Shown: in pieces, positions 7,662-16,985 of the stretch
How the letters are laid out: each line of letters begins with the position of its first letter
How positions within the stretch are numbered: the first letter of the stretch is position 1
From: a virus
Lineage: Duplodnaviria; Caudoviricetes
Length of the DNA stretch: 57,915 bases
Strand: one strand, 5' to 3'
Virus record (IMG/VR): IMGVR_UViG_3300008459_000050
Span: 1 to 57,915 of that record
Position numbers and translations under genes: made by a program
The notes under the pieces: generated by a model
Told to the model about the DNA's origin: nothing
Seen by the model: only the letters and a program-made list of their open reading frames with translations
Databases searched by the model: none

Positions 7662-10600
7662 TTTCTACTTCCTCGTTAACTAATTGCTTCTTTTTGTTGC
7701 TAAAGTATTTATCCATGCTATCTAGCTTACTTTGGACTTCAATAAGTAGTTTCTCGTCATCTTCAAATACATTATTTTCAATATTCTCTGGTAGGATTCC
7801 AGAAGCAATTGTTCCAAATCCACTCTTCTTAAATGAATTACCGAGTTTGCTTGTCATGTTGCTACCAAATTTTGCAGCTATACTGCGTGTTCTAGCACCA
7901 CCTGAATTATTTGATGTATTAACTGGTGTATACCATTTACCACGTGCGCCACTTGTTAAGTGTGGCTTCTTTGTTGAAAAGATATCTTCACGACGTGCTG
8001 GAGCAGCTAATAAGGGATTTCCTGGTTCACCGGCTGGTGGAGGCGCTTCTTTCTCACCACCGCCTGTCTCTGGTGCTTCTGGAGTCTCTGGCGCTCCTGT
8101 AGGTGATTCACTACCACCTAGACCACCTCCCAGACTTGAGCCACCGCTGCCTCCACCTTCTGCACCAGCACCTTCAGGTGAAATAGCTTCAAGATTCTTG
8201 GTGAATCCGGCATCATAGAAAAGATCTCGTTGAATACGCAGGAATTCATGATCAGCCATCTTAAAGATATTTTCATATATCCAACGTTTGCTGAAACCTT
8301 GTTCCTTAGCAGACCCAGCGACATCTAATTGAGCTTTAAAGTGTTCTATTTCTTGTAGTTCCGCTAGACGAGATGGATTGTTTAGTTTTAATGAAAATTT
8401 AACAAGATCTTCATTACGGAATCCAAGAGTATAAAGATGAATCATACCAATTTTTGTTAGTTCATCAACAAGTGAATTTTGCAATCTCTGAATAGTTGTT
8501 GCAAATCTCATATCCTTTTGAGCTAACATTGTTTTATCTTCAGCCGCACCTTCTCCTCTTGCTAGATATGCTTGAGGGATCTTAAGGGCTGATAATAGTT
8601 TATCACGTAGGTATTTAACGTCTTCAATTGCACTTGTAAATTGACCACCGGGGAGTGTTTCAATTTTTGTTCCACTGCCTTGTCCACGTACCGGGAGATA
8701 GTAGTCTTCTTCCACTGACATCGGGTTATAACGTAAGTCAACACGACCAGTTTGTGGATCAACGATTTGATTACGTTTCATCTGAGTGATGATTTTTTGC
8801 ATATATTGTTCAACATCATTTGGAGAAATGTTACCAACATCTACATAAAACACTCTTCGCTCAGGACTTCTAACGATACGATAGGACATCATCGCATCTT
8901 CCATTAAACAATTGTGTGCTACTACTCCATTTACTATAAAATTATGATGCTCACTTTCTACTTGAATATCAAAAGTTTCTTCATTTTCTTTTTCTAGTGA
9001 AAATGAAAGAATGCGCTCATGACATACATTATCTTGCCAAGATTCTTTATTCATATTTATGTACATTCTATATGATGCAAAACGATGTACATTTTCACTA
9101 TCTATTCTCTCTGGGCGATCTAAAATAATATCATTGCAAGGTATACCACATGTATAAGCAAGTTCTTGAATTCCTTTTAGTAAATCAAAACTTATAGATG
9201 TAGCTCTTCCGTCTTTTTTACCACCATCTGCATCAAAATAACCTTGAATAAACGATCTGCGCGCTTCAACTGACATTTCAAATATCCAAGAAGGAACATT
9301 TTTATTTAATGCGCCTGTTGAAAATTCTAAAGTTTCCATTAAATCTTTAAATTCAACAGAACAAATTTCATATTTTCCACCCGAAATGCCTTTTTTGGGT
9401 TCTGAATATATTAGGGCAGAGTTACTATATTTTTCTAATAAATTTTTATAATATTCGTTTAATTTTTCATCAACCCCAGTTGCGAAACCTGCACCCTTAT
9501 TGGTTAACCATCCGTCTCCCAGCATAAAACCAAAAAATTTAGCAAATTCTGAATCTAATGTAAAGCACATAGTCTTATCAAGAATAGATTTTTTTGGACT
9601 TTTTTTAGCTAAAAATTCTACATTTGATTCACTGATGTTAAATTTATCCTTTACGAGCAAATAATCATTGTATGGAATACGTTTTTTTGCATTTAAAAAA
9701 GCATGTATATTTTTTGATGAATATGTACAATTACATTCATCAATTTTTTCCATTATTTTATTTGATTCATAATCTGTTTTTTCTTTTAAAATTACATAAT
9801 AATTTTCTTTATCTAATTCAACAGTATGTGTTGAGTTGCCACCATCAATAAATGGAAGAACTAATACATCTTTTCCTATTTGTAAATCTTTTGCTTCTTT
9901 GTAAATATATTTTCCATCAGAAAAAACTAACATTCTGTGATTATCAGTAACACTGACTGATCTATGACTTGTTTTTAATTTAAAAACATCTTTTTTACCC
10001 ATATATTTTTGAGCAACCACTTTTGTTTTTTCTTGTTTTTTAGTTATAGGATTCCAGCAAAAAATAATGTCATCTTTATTGATATTTTCAATATTTTTTG
10101 GACCATTAATTGTTAATATTTTTTCTCCTTTGGCTATACAAAGTTGACGCCATATACGTCTAGCAGGCTCTAGAACAGAAGTACCATATGGAGCATATTT
10201 ATCTTGACCTAGGATACGAAAATGAGCAATTTGCCAGTTCTCAAATGTTAATCCAGCACTATTCCACTGAAATTGAACATAGTTTGGATTGCTTTCGTCT
10301 TGTCCTTCAAGTCTTTCAACCTCAGAAGTTGGTAGACCAAGAACACTTTTGATACCAAGTTGTTCATCTATGTCAAGATATAGAAAAAAATCTCCAAACT
10401 TGACCATTGTACGACACCAACTATATAAATTTTGTTTAACATTGAGTGTTTTATAGAATAAATTATTTAAAACTGTTTTAATTTCATCATTTTTACAGTC
10501 AATTGTTAGGATTGGTCTAAATTGATTGCTAGTCGTCATGGATTCTGCGTAGATATCCATAGCGGCTGCTACCTCCCCTGTAAACTCCATTTGATCGAAG

Positions 10601-10908
10601 TCTGAATATCTTTCAGCACGGCTTTGATTAGCCATAATATTGCTTTGAATGGCTTCAAAAGGGTTATAACTTTTCTTTTTAAATGATTTTCCACCAGCCG
10701 ATGTGAACTTAAAACGATCCAAATCACGACGACGAAAACGAATCTGTGATTGTTGTTTATATGAAGATAATGGACCAGAGAAAAGTCTGGTCAATGCAGT
10801 GTAAAGAGGAGTTTCTTGATTCTTTGGATTTTTCTGTGAGATATCAGAATTTCTATTTACTGTGTTTCTTCGTAGATCGTTATTGTTTGGACCGCTATTG
10901 CTGCTCAT
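7648..10908 (-). CDS. gp20: Portal protein (T4 gp20-like) containing an intein
   Basis: PYGTSVLEPARRIWRQL, LMEDAMMSYRIVRSPERRVFYVDVGN, EDYYLPVR, IETLPGG, ALKIP motifs. Confidence 0.95.
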   Translation of the reverse strand: MSSNSGPNNNDLRRNTVNRNSDISQKNPKNQETPLYTALTRLFSGPLSSYKQQSQIRFRRRDLDRFKFTSAGGKSFKKKSYNPFEAIQSNIMANQSRAERYSDFDQMEFTGEVAAAMDIYAESMTTSNQFRPILTIDCKNDEIKTVLNNLFYKTLNVKQNLYSWCRTMVKFGDFFLYLDIDEQLGIKSVLGLPTSEVERLEGQDESNPNYVQFQWNSAGLTFENWQIAHFRILGQDKYAPYGTSVLEPARRIWRQLCIAKGEKILTINGPKNIENINKDDIIFCWNPITKKQEKTKVVAQKYMGKKDVFKLKTSHRSVSVTDNHRMLVFSDGKYIYKEAKDLQIGKDVLVLPFIDGGNSTHTVELDKENYYVILKEKTDYESNKIMEKIDECNCTYSSKNIHAFLNAKKRIPYNDYLLVKDKFNISESNVEFLAKKSPKKSILDKTMCFTLDSEFAKFFGFMLGDGWLTNKGAGFATGVDEKLNEYYKNLLEKYSNSALIYSEPKKGISGGKYEICSVEFKDLMETLEFSTGALNKNVPSWIFEMSVEARRSFIQGYFDADGGKKDGRATSISFDLLKGIQELAYTCGIPCNDIILDRPERIDSENVHRFASYRMYINMNKESWQDNVCHERILSFSLEKENEETFDIQVESEHHNFIVNGVVAHNCLMEDAMMSYRIVRSPERRVFYVDVGNISPNDVEQYMQKIITQMKRNQIVDPQTGRVDLRYNPMSVEEDYYLPVRGQGSGTKIETLPGGQFTSAIEDVKYLRDKLLSALKIPQAYLARGEGAAEDKTMLAQKDMRFATTIQRLQNSLVDELTKIGMIHLYTLGFRNEDLVKFSLKLNNPSRLAELQEIEHFKAQLDVAGSAKEQGFSKRWIYENIFKMADHEFLRIQRDLFYDAGFTKNLEAISPEGAGAEGGGSGGSSLGGGLGGSESPTGAPETPEAPETGGGEKEAPPPAGEPGNPLLAAPARREDIFSTKKPHLTSGARGKWYTPVNTSNNSGGARTRSIAAKFGSNMTSKLGNSFKKSGFGTIASGILPENIENNVFEDDEKLLIEVQSKLDSMDKYFSNKKKQLVNEEVENESQ
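8911..10140 (-). mobile_element. Intein (410 aa) with LAGLIDADG homing endonuclease in the portal
   Basis: Starts CIAKGEKILT; block B VTDNHRML; FFGFMLGDGW and FIQGYFDADG; ends TFDIQVESEHHNFIVNGVVAHN|C. Confidence 0.95.
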
Positions 10909-10914
10909 TTTATA

Positions 10915-12492
10915 TTAACCTTTTAACAACCATATAAAATCTTTATATTGTTGCTGCATTTGTGCAACCTTTTGGTTGTATTCATATTGTCTCATGCCAT
11001 CTATAGATGTGTTAAGAGTATTATGTGTTTTTCCTATTGATGTCAAGAATGCTTTTGAATATTCTAAATTTCTTTCATTTGATACAACAGCTGTGTCACG
11101 AACCCAACAAGCTATAGCAAGAGACATAACAAGATCATCATTATAGCCTCTCTGGGCTTCTGGGCGACCATTAACCCACAGGAATGTATCTAATTCATTA
11201 GCTGTTCGCACTGAATTGATTGTTATAATTTTGTTTCTTATGAACTCATCAAGTTTTGCAACAATAAGAGGTCTTGTTTTTTGTGTTGTTGCAAAGCCTG
11301 GTGTGCTATTGCTGCTATATTGAGCGCCTAGATAATCTACATGATCATTTGTTGCTTTTGATGAGTAATAAACGTTTGGATAGCGCATATCAATTAATTT
11401 TGTTGTTACTGAATAACCAATATTGTTGTTCTCAACAACAACCATACAGCCACCATATTCTATGCCAGCATCATATATAAGTTTTGCAAATGTATCTGGG
11501 TCTATTTTTCCTTGATATTCAGCAACTTGTTCCATGTTTTTAACGTCTATAATGTGGAATACTGAATAATCTTTTCCATCACCACGGGCAACGTCTGCAA
11601 CAAGAATGTAACTGCCACCTGCTTCATATGGTTTCCATATATAATAATTTCGATCTATCCAAGCTTTATACATTGGCTCTTTTAGGCCGCTTCTTATTCT
11701 TGCAATATCATCCGAAGCAACTACAGTTTCACCCGATGCGTTAAAATTACATTCTAGTTCCTGAGCTATTTCACGTTTTGACATGTTTCTGGTGATACTA
11801 TCAAACCATTCCTGTGTATATTCAGGATGAACTGTCCAAGGTAATTTTGTTGGTTTAAATGTATTTAAGCCTGATTCAGCATCTGCGTAAGTTTTATGAA
11901 ACCAACTTCCCACACCGAAAGGTGTACTAAGAGCAATACATCTACCACCTGTGCTCAATGTAGGCATGAGGCCAGTCCATAATTCATCCATATTGTCAAC
12001 GAATGCAGCTTCATCGATAATAAGAAGCGACAATGCTTGACCACGGCCAGCATCTTTTGATGTTGGAACACCTTGAATCCTTGAACCGTTACTTAATTCA
12101 AATTTTGTTCTATTATTTGTGGTCACTCTGGCTATTCTAAGAAATTCTGGTACGCTTTCTACCATATCTCTTACTTTATCAACAATTTCAATAGCTGTGT
12201 TTTGTTTTGTTGCCATGACAAGGATGTTTTTTTCCTTATAGAACAACATCATCCATGATACATAACCAGCAACAATTGTTGAAATACCTAACTGACGAGC
12301 TTTTAAGATAATATTATATCTAAAATCATGAAAGTCCTTTAGTAAGTCTTTCTGGAACTTATATGTTTTAAATGGAATTATCCCTCTTTCTTGATGGACA
12401 ATTTTTGCATAATTGTCTAGGAAGTAAGAGGGATCTCTACCACATTTTAATATTTCTTTTCTTAACTCTTCTTTTGTTAGCGGTGAAGCCAT
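10915..12492 (-). CDS. terL: Terminase large subunit (T4 gp17-like)
   Basis: KARQLGIST Walker A, LLIIDEAAF Walker B, STPFG, DVARGDGKDYS and DDLVMSLA nuclease motifs. Confidence 0.96.
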   Translation of the reverse strand: MASPLTKEELRKEILKCGRDPSYFLDNYAKIVHQERGIIPFKTYKFQKDLLKDFHDFRYNIILKARQLGISTIVAGYVSWMMLFYKEKNILVMATKQNTAIEIVDKVRDMVESVPEFLRIARVTTNNRTKFELSNGSRIQGVPTSKDAGRGQALSLLIIDEAAFVDNMDELWTGLMPTLSTGGRCIALSTPFGVGSWFHKTYADAESGLNTFKPTKLPWTVHPEYTQEWFDSITRNMSKREIAQELECNFNASGETVVASDDIARIRSGLKEPMYKAWIDRNYYIWKPYEAGGSYILVADVARGDGKDYSVFHIIDVKNMEQVAEYQGKIDPDTFAKLIYDAGIEYGGCMVVVENNNIGYSVTTKLIDMRYPNVYYSSKATNDHVDYLGAQYSSNSTPGFATTQKTRPLIVAKLDEFIRNKIITINSVRTANELDTFLWVNGRPEAQRGYNDDLVMSLAIACWVRDTAVVSNERNLEYSKAFLTSIGKTHNTLNTSIDGMRQYEYNQKVAQMQQQYKDFIWLLKG

Positions 12493-12496
12493 ACTT

Positions 12497-13015
12497 TTAC
12501 TTGGCCTTTCTAACGTTCATCAACCAGCCTTTGGCAATATCAGCAAAGTGTTCTTGCTCAGAATCATATACTTTCTTTTCAGCAGCACTTTCGCCCTTGT
12601 CGATTTCCATATTGCCGATTTTATATACTTGAACCGCATTTACATAGCAAGTTCTGCGGTTGGCAGTTTGAACTAGGATTTGAATATCACCAAACTCAGT
12701 GAGAGCTAGTGAACTTTTAACAAGTTTTTTATATTCACTTTTGATATGTGACGCAATATCTTTTACTGTTCTACGAATATCAGTTTCAAAATTTTTATCA
12801 TGAACTGCTGTTAGTGGCATTTCACTGTGATATTTTAATACTAGGTTGTCGCCTTGATATTGAACACCAAAGCCATCCATAACACGTGGATCATATATAG
12901 AACAACCTTGTAGTAGATCTTCGGTTTCACGCTTTAGGCCAAATTGTGTGCCACCATGATATTTATTGCTTACAACTTGTTGAATACCAGTGATAATTTC
13001 TAAAACGCTAGCCAT
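12497..13015 (-). CDS. Hypothetical protein
   Basis: 172-aa ORF tightly packed in the operon. Confidence 0.75.
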   Translation of the reverse strand: MASVLEIITGIQQVVSNKYHGGTQFGLKRETEDLLQGCSIYDPRVMDGFGVQYQGDNLVLKYHSEMPLTAVHDKNFETDIRRTVKDIASHIKSEYKKLVKSSLALTEFGDIQILVQTANRRTCYVNAVQVYKIGNMEIDKGESAAEKKVYDSEQEHFADIAKGWLMNVRKAK

Positions 13016-13358
13016 TTTTTTTATCCTCTATATTACAAACATAACATCTGTAACAAACTTTAAATTTATTTAAGTAAAGATCATCTTTTTTATCAAATGA
13101 GTATTTGTTACAATCTTTACATTCCTTTGTTGTATTTGTATTAAATAGTTTCTTTGGAAGTAATAGACCATCAACTTCTATTTTTTCTTGTGTTACGAGG
13201 TTTTTGTATTCTTCCAATTGACTTTTTTTAACACTTTCTAGATATTCACGTTCCTTACTTTCATCCCAGAATTGTTTTGGGTTGTATGTTGCTTCAACAC
13301 CGTATTTTTCACTTACTGCTTTTTCTAATGCTGCAACGAAATTTATATCTCTAGGCAT
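13008..13358 (-). CDS. Hypothetical zinc-finger protein
   Basis: CKDC...CYRC. Confidence 0.7.
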   Translation of the reverse strand: MPRDINFVAALEKAVSEKYGVEATYNPKQFWDESKEREYLESVKKSQLEEYKNLVTQEKIEVDGLLLPKKLFNTNTTKECKDCNKYSFDKKDDLYLNKFKVCYRCYVCNIEDKKNG

Positions 13359-15272
13359 TTATCTTCCTGACTTTATTGTTATTTTTAGTTTCTGTGGTTG
13401 TTTGCGGATTAGGGATTCAGTTATAGATTTAGTTTTCTTCTTTGTTCCATCAGACAACTTATTATTTAAATATTCCATAGCTTTATTAAAATCTGGTTGG
13501 TTACTGTCTTCTGGAGAAGTTACATACAAAATTTTATATAATAGGCCTCTTGCTTGGTCTGACTCTGCTGAGTATTTATTTATATATTGTGCAAATTTTT
13601 CTTTGAATTGATTTTGTTGTTCTATATTATTTCCAGGTAATTTACCTTCATAAGTTTTTGTAAATATTTCATCTTTTTCAAGATTTTGCCACCAAGCATC
13701 ATTTATAACTAATTGTTTTTGTGGACTAATAGTTGCTGCTTGTCCAGCTTGTTGTGCTCCAGATTGTTGTGTAGAAGCCACTGGCGCAGTTGTTGCTACA
13801 GCTTTAGGTGTAGTTTGTTGTTGCGGTTGTGAGGATTGTTGGCCTCTGGCTAATCCATAAATATATCCACGATATTTTTCTTTATTATATCCTGTTGTGG
13901 GATTATCTTGTATGTTATTTGTTTGAAGATAATTAAGAAACAATTTTTCTTTTGTAAGAGGCACGCCATTTTTTTCACGCATATTTTTTGAATAAGTGTT
14001 ATATGCAATTGTTAACTCTCGATCGCTTTGTATTTTTTCTTTATAGAATTTTGATTGTTCTGGTGTTAAAGGTGATGGTTTATCTTCCCTTGGTTTATCA
14101 GACGGTGGTGATTGAGGCTGAGTTGTTGTTGGTTGTTGTATAGATGTTACTGGCGCCTTGGCGTCAGGCATATTACTGTTGTCAATGATTTTATCTGGGT
14201 AGCGTTGTATGATTGTTTGTCTTAATTCTGCATCGACGCTATCCAAAGGAATAGCTACCATGTCATTATTATTAATCATATGGTATAAATCACTAGTATC
14301 GTATTTTTCTAAAGTTTTTTGTAAAATATCACCACCCTCTTCTCCAGATAAAATAATTATTTTATCTTTATCTAATTTTGGATATTTTTTTTCATTTGTA
14401 ATAAAAGCGACTTCAACACCATTTTTAATCATTTGATTAATATAAATTTCTTTATAAGGTATTTCATTTTCATTTCTATTGTCTATTATTTTACCTTTTG
14501 CTTTATTGTTTAGTTTGCTTAATAAAGCAGGGTTTAAGTTTTGGTTTATAAAATCATATGCAAACACACCACCTTCTTTTAAATTAGCATCTTTTAATTG
14601 ATTGTTTTCGTATTCTTCAAGAGAAAATAAGGCTTCAATTATATCTATATCATTTTTATCTAGTTTTATATTATATTTAGGGTTTTCTAGGTCTCGATCT
14701 GAAGTTTCTCTTCGGCTATCTAGAGCGATTTTAATATCTATACCATCTCCTATTATTTTTTCTAATTCTTTTTTACGTTGTTGTTGACCAGAGTCTTTGT
14801 CGGATTTTTCATCACCAGCAGCAGTATTATCATCTTTAGTAGGCTCTTCGCTGGATTTACCTGTATCATCATCAACAGCGATTTGTGGTAAATTCTCTGG
14901 AGTTTCTTCGCCAGAAGATGGAGCTATGTCAGCACCTGTTGTATCTGTCGCTGGTTGTTTTTCGTCAGATGGCGAAATAGTATCTGTAGATGTATCTTTC
15001 TGATCGGATTCTTTGTCACCTGACGATTTTCTATCAGATGTTTGTGTTGCTGTTGGTTCTACATAATTTTTTAATTCATTAACAAATTTAATATTATTGC
15101 TAGAACCCCAATTAATAATTTTATTCATTAATTCTTCGTATTGTTGAGCGTTAATTTTTGATTTAGATAGCAAATTACTCATTGCAATTTGACGTTCATC
15201 AGCAATAGAAGCATCTTCAGCTTCTACTAATATAAATTTGCCATTTCCATAGTATTTAAATATTTTTGACAT
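13359..15272 (-). CDS. Hypothetical protein with acidic and Q/P/T-rich linkers
   Basis: 637-aa ORF, AAGGA SD. Confidence 0.75.
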   Translation of the reverse strand: MSKIFKYYGNGKFILVEAEDASIADERQIAMSNLLSKSKINAQQYEELMNKIINWGSSNNIKFVNELKNYVEPTATQTSDRKSSGDKESDQKDTSTDTISPSDEKQPATDTTGADIAPSSGEETPENLPQIAVDDDTGKSSEEPTKDDNTAAGDEKSDKDSGQQQRKKELEKIIGDGIDIKIALDSRRETSDRDLENPKYNIKLDKNDIDIIEALFSLEEYENNQLKDANLKEGGVFAYDFINQNLNPALLSKLNNKAKGKIIDNRNENEIPYKEIYINQMIKNGVEVAFITNEKKYPKLDKDKIIILSGEEGGDILQKTLEKYDTSDLYHMINNNDMVAIPLDSVDAELRQTIIQRYPDKIIDNSNMPDAKAPVTSIQQPTTTQPQSPPSDKPREDKPSPLTPEQSKFYKEKIQSDRELTIAYNTYSKNMREKNGVPLTKEKLFLNYLQTNNIQDNPTTGYNKEKYRGYIYGLARGQQSSQPQQQTTPKAVATTAPVASTQQSGAQQAGQAATISPQKQLVINDAWWQNLEKDEIFTKTYEGKLPGNNIEQQNQFKEKFAQYINKYSAESDQARGLLYKILYVTSPEDSNQPDFNKAMEYLNNKLSDGTKKKTKSITESLIRKQPQKLKITIKSGR

Positions 15273-15284
15273 ATCGATTCCTTA

Positions 15285-15917
15285 TTATACAAATTTTGCT
15301 AATATTTTAACAAACGTATCCCATTCATTATCATCGCTTAATTGTTTTTCTATAGGACTTCCGGCGATAACTTTATTCCACAAACCATCCTCTGATACTT
15401 TTGAGTAAAGTTTTTGTATTAAATCAATGTTTTCAACATCTTCAGATTGATTTTGTAAATCAGCAGTGGCTTGTTGTATTATTTTATTTGTTTCTGGGCT
15501 AATATTTTCAGCAATTTTTTCTGTGATGTTTTGTACGGTATCAGTAAATTCAGTAACCGCTCTAGAAATAGTTACAGAAGGCTCTTCTTTCATCTCTGTG
15601 GCTTTATTAACATCTTTTGCTTCTTCTTTAGTGTTATTTAAATTATCTACAAGATTTTGTTTTGTTTTATTTATTTCCTGTAAAGCTTCCTTAGCCTCGA
15701 TAGATTTTTCATTTTCAAGTGCTTTTTGAATCTTGTTTGTGTCTTTATCTATTTTTTCACCAATTCTAGTAAATCCACGTTCATATGAACCAAAAAACTT
15801 ACTAGCAAAAAACGCAAACAATGCTCCGATCAATAATGCTGCACCAGCAACTATAGTAACTGGTTCAAATTCTTTTAGTACTTCACGCTTTTTAGATTCT
15901 TTGATAATTATTTTCAT
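15285..15917 (-). CDS. Hypothetical protein with a hydrophobic helix and coiled coil
   Basis: IVAGAALLIGALFAFFA after LKE; coiled-coil region. Confidence 0.7.
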   Translation of the reverse strand: MKIIIKESKKREVLKEFEPVTIVAGAALLIGALFAFFASKFFGSYERGFTRIGEKIDKDTNKIQKALENEKSIEAKEALQEINKTKQNLVDNLNNTKEEAKDVNKATEMKEEPSVTISRAVTEFTDTVQNITEKIAENISPETNKIIQQATADLQNQSEDVENIDLIQKLYSKVSEDGLWNKVIAGSPIEKQLSDDNEWDTFVKILAKFV

Positions 15918-15927
15918 TTTGTTTTTC

Positions 15928-16353
15928 CTAGTGTAAAACTAAATATGTCACCCCAACCCCTAAAGCCAAACCAAATAGGAATCCACCTGTTAATTTCCAA
16001 GTATTCCAATATGATTCGTTCGTTAGGGCATCTATTTTCTTTTGTTTGATGTTTAATTCATTATTTAGCATAATTTTTGTTATATTATACTCTGAACTAA
16101 TTTGTTTTAAATTTGTTTCTAAATCAAGTGATATTTTTTTATATTCCTGTTCTTTTTCTAGTAACTCTAGCTTATTTTTATTCTGAACTCTTGCAAGAGA
16201 TTTAGCAATACCATCATATGTAAACATTACTCCATCGAATGGCACTATTTCACCTTGTTTTAATTCTTGATAATCATATTCTTCATTTTCATTTGCTTTA
16301 GAGATATAAGAAAACGATAAGATAATTAGAAAGGTATATAAAAACTTTTTCAT
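15928..16353 (-). CDS. Signal-peptide, coiled-coil and C-terminal TM protein (spanin-like partner)
   Basis: MKKFLYTFLIILSFSYISKA signal; heptads; GGFLFGLALGVGVTYLV; ATGA-coupled to the upstream gene. Confidence 0.5.
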   Translation of the reverse strand: MKKFLYTFLIILSFSYISKANENEEYDYQELKQGEIVPFDGVMFTYDGIAKSLARVQNKNKLELLEKEQEYKKISLDLETNLKQISSEYNITKIMLNNELNIKQKKIDALTNESYWNTWKLTGGFLFGLALGVGVTYLVLH

Positions 16354-16712
16354 TGTTTTTTACCTTTAACACCTAGTGTTTGTTCTAATTCCTTTCTAAA
16401 ACGTTTTGGATCTTCCTTCGACATCTTTTTATATTCTTGTTTTTTTGTGTTTTCTTCAGCAGCTAACTTACATTTTGTATATTCTGTTTCTAAATTAATT
16501 ATTTTTGTTTTTAAAATATTCTCAAGATCATTCTTTTCTTTTGTTAGATTTATTTCTAATTCTGCTTTTTGTTTTTCAAAAGCTTCTTCAATTTTTTGAA
16601 CTTTTATTGATACTTGATTGTCTATATATTTATTTATTGTTACGACACCAAACACACAAACCACATTTACAACCGCCAACGTTATCCATAATTTATATTT
16701 CTCCCAAATCAT
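16350..16712 (-). CDS. Putative i-spanin (Rz-like)
   Basis: N-terminal TM plus periplasmic coiled coil; ATGA overlap with the holin-like gene. Confidence 0.5.
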   Translation of the reverse strand: MIWEKYKLWITLAVVNVVCVFGVVTINKYIDNQVSIKVQKIEEAFEKQKAELEINLTKEKNDLENILKTKIINLETEYTKCKLAAEENTKKQEYKKMSKEDPKRFRKELEQTLGVKGKKQ

Positions 16713-16981
16713 AATTTTCCTGCACCTTTCCACTTGGCTGCTATATCAGCAATACCTTCCATACCGATATACCCAAGAGATATCCCAGCCCATTCGTCTG
16801 GTGTTATCTTGCCAAAAGCAAGAAATGCGGAAGACACAATCCATACAAGCAATTTTCTAGATATTAACTTTTCAGTTATTATATCTAGAACGCCTCTATC
16901 GTTTGCATCTTCACGCATTTCGTCTTTTATCTCTTTTTCTACATCTTTAAGTACACTTACTTCTTTCTTTTGTCGTGGCAC
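16709..16981 (-). CDS. Putative holin
   Basis: 90 aa; SRKLLVW motif followed by two short hydrophobic helices and a basic C-terminus. Confidence 0.55.
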   Translation of the reverse strand: MPRQKKEVSVLKDVEKEIKDEMREDANDRGVLDIITEKLISRKLLVWIVSSAFLAFGKITPDEWAGISLGYIGMEGIADIAAKWKGAGKL

Positions 16982-16985
16982 TCAT

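Noticed and set aside
8020-8180. GC-rich patch in the portal gene as foreign DNA
   Set aside because: Encodes a Gly/Pro/Glu low-complexity C-terminal linker in frame
12497-13358. Small terminase subunit among the genes upstream of terL
   Set aside because: Position fits, but no recognisable gp16/TerS motif
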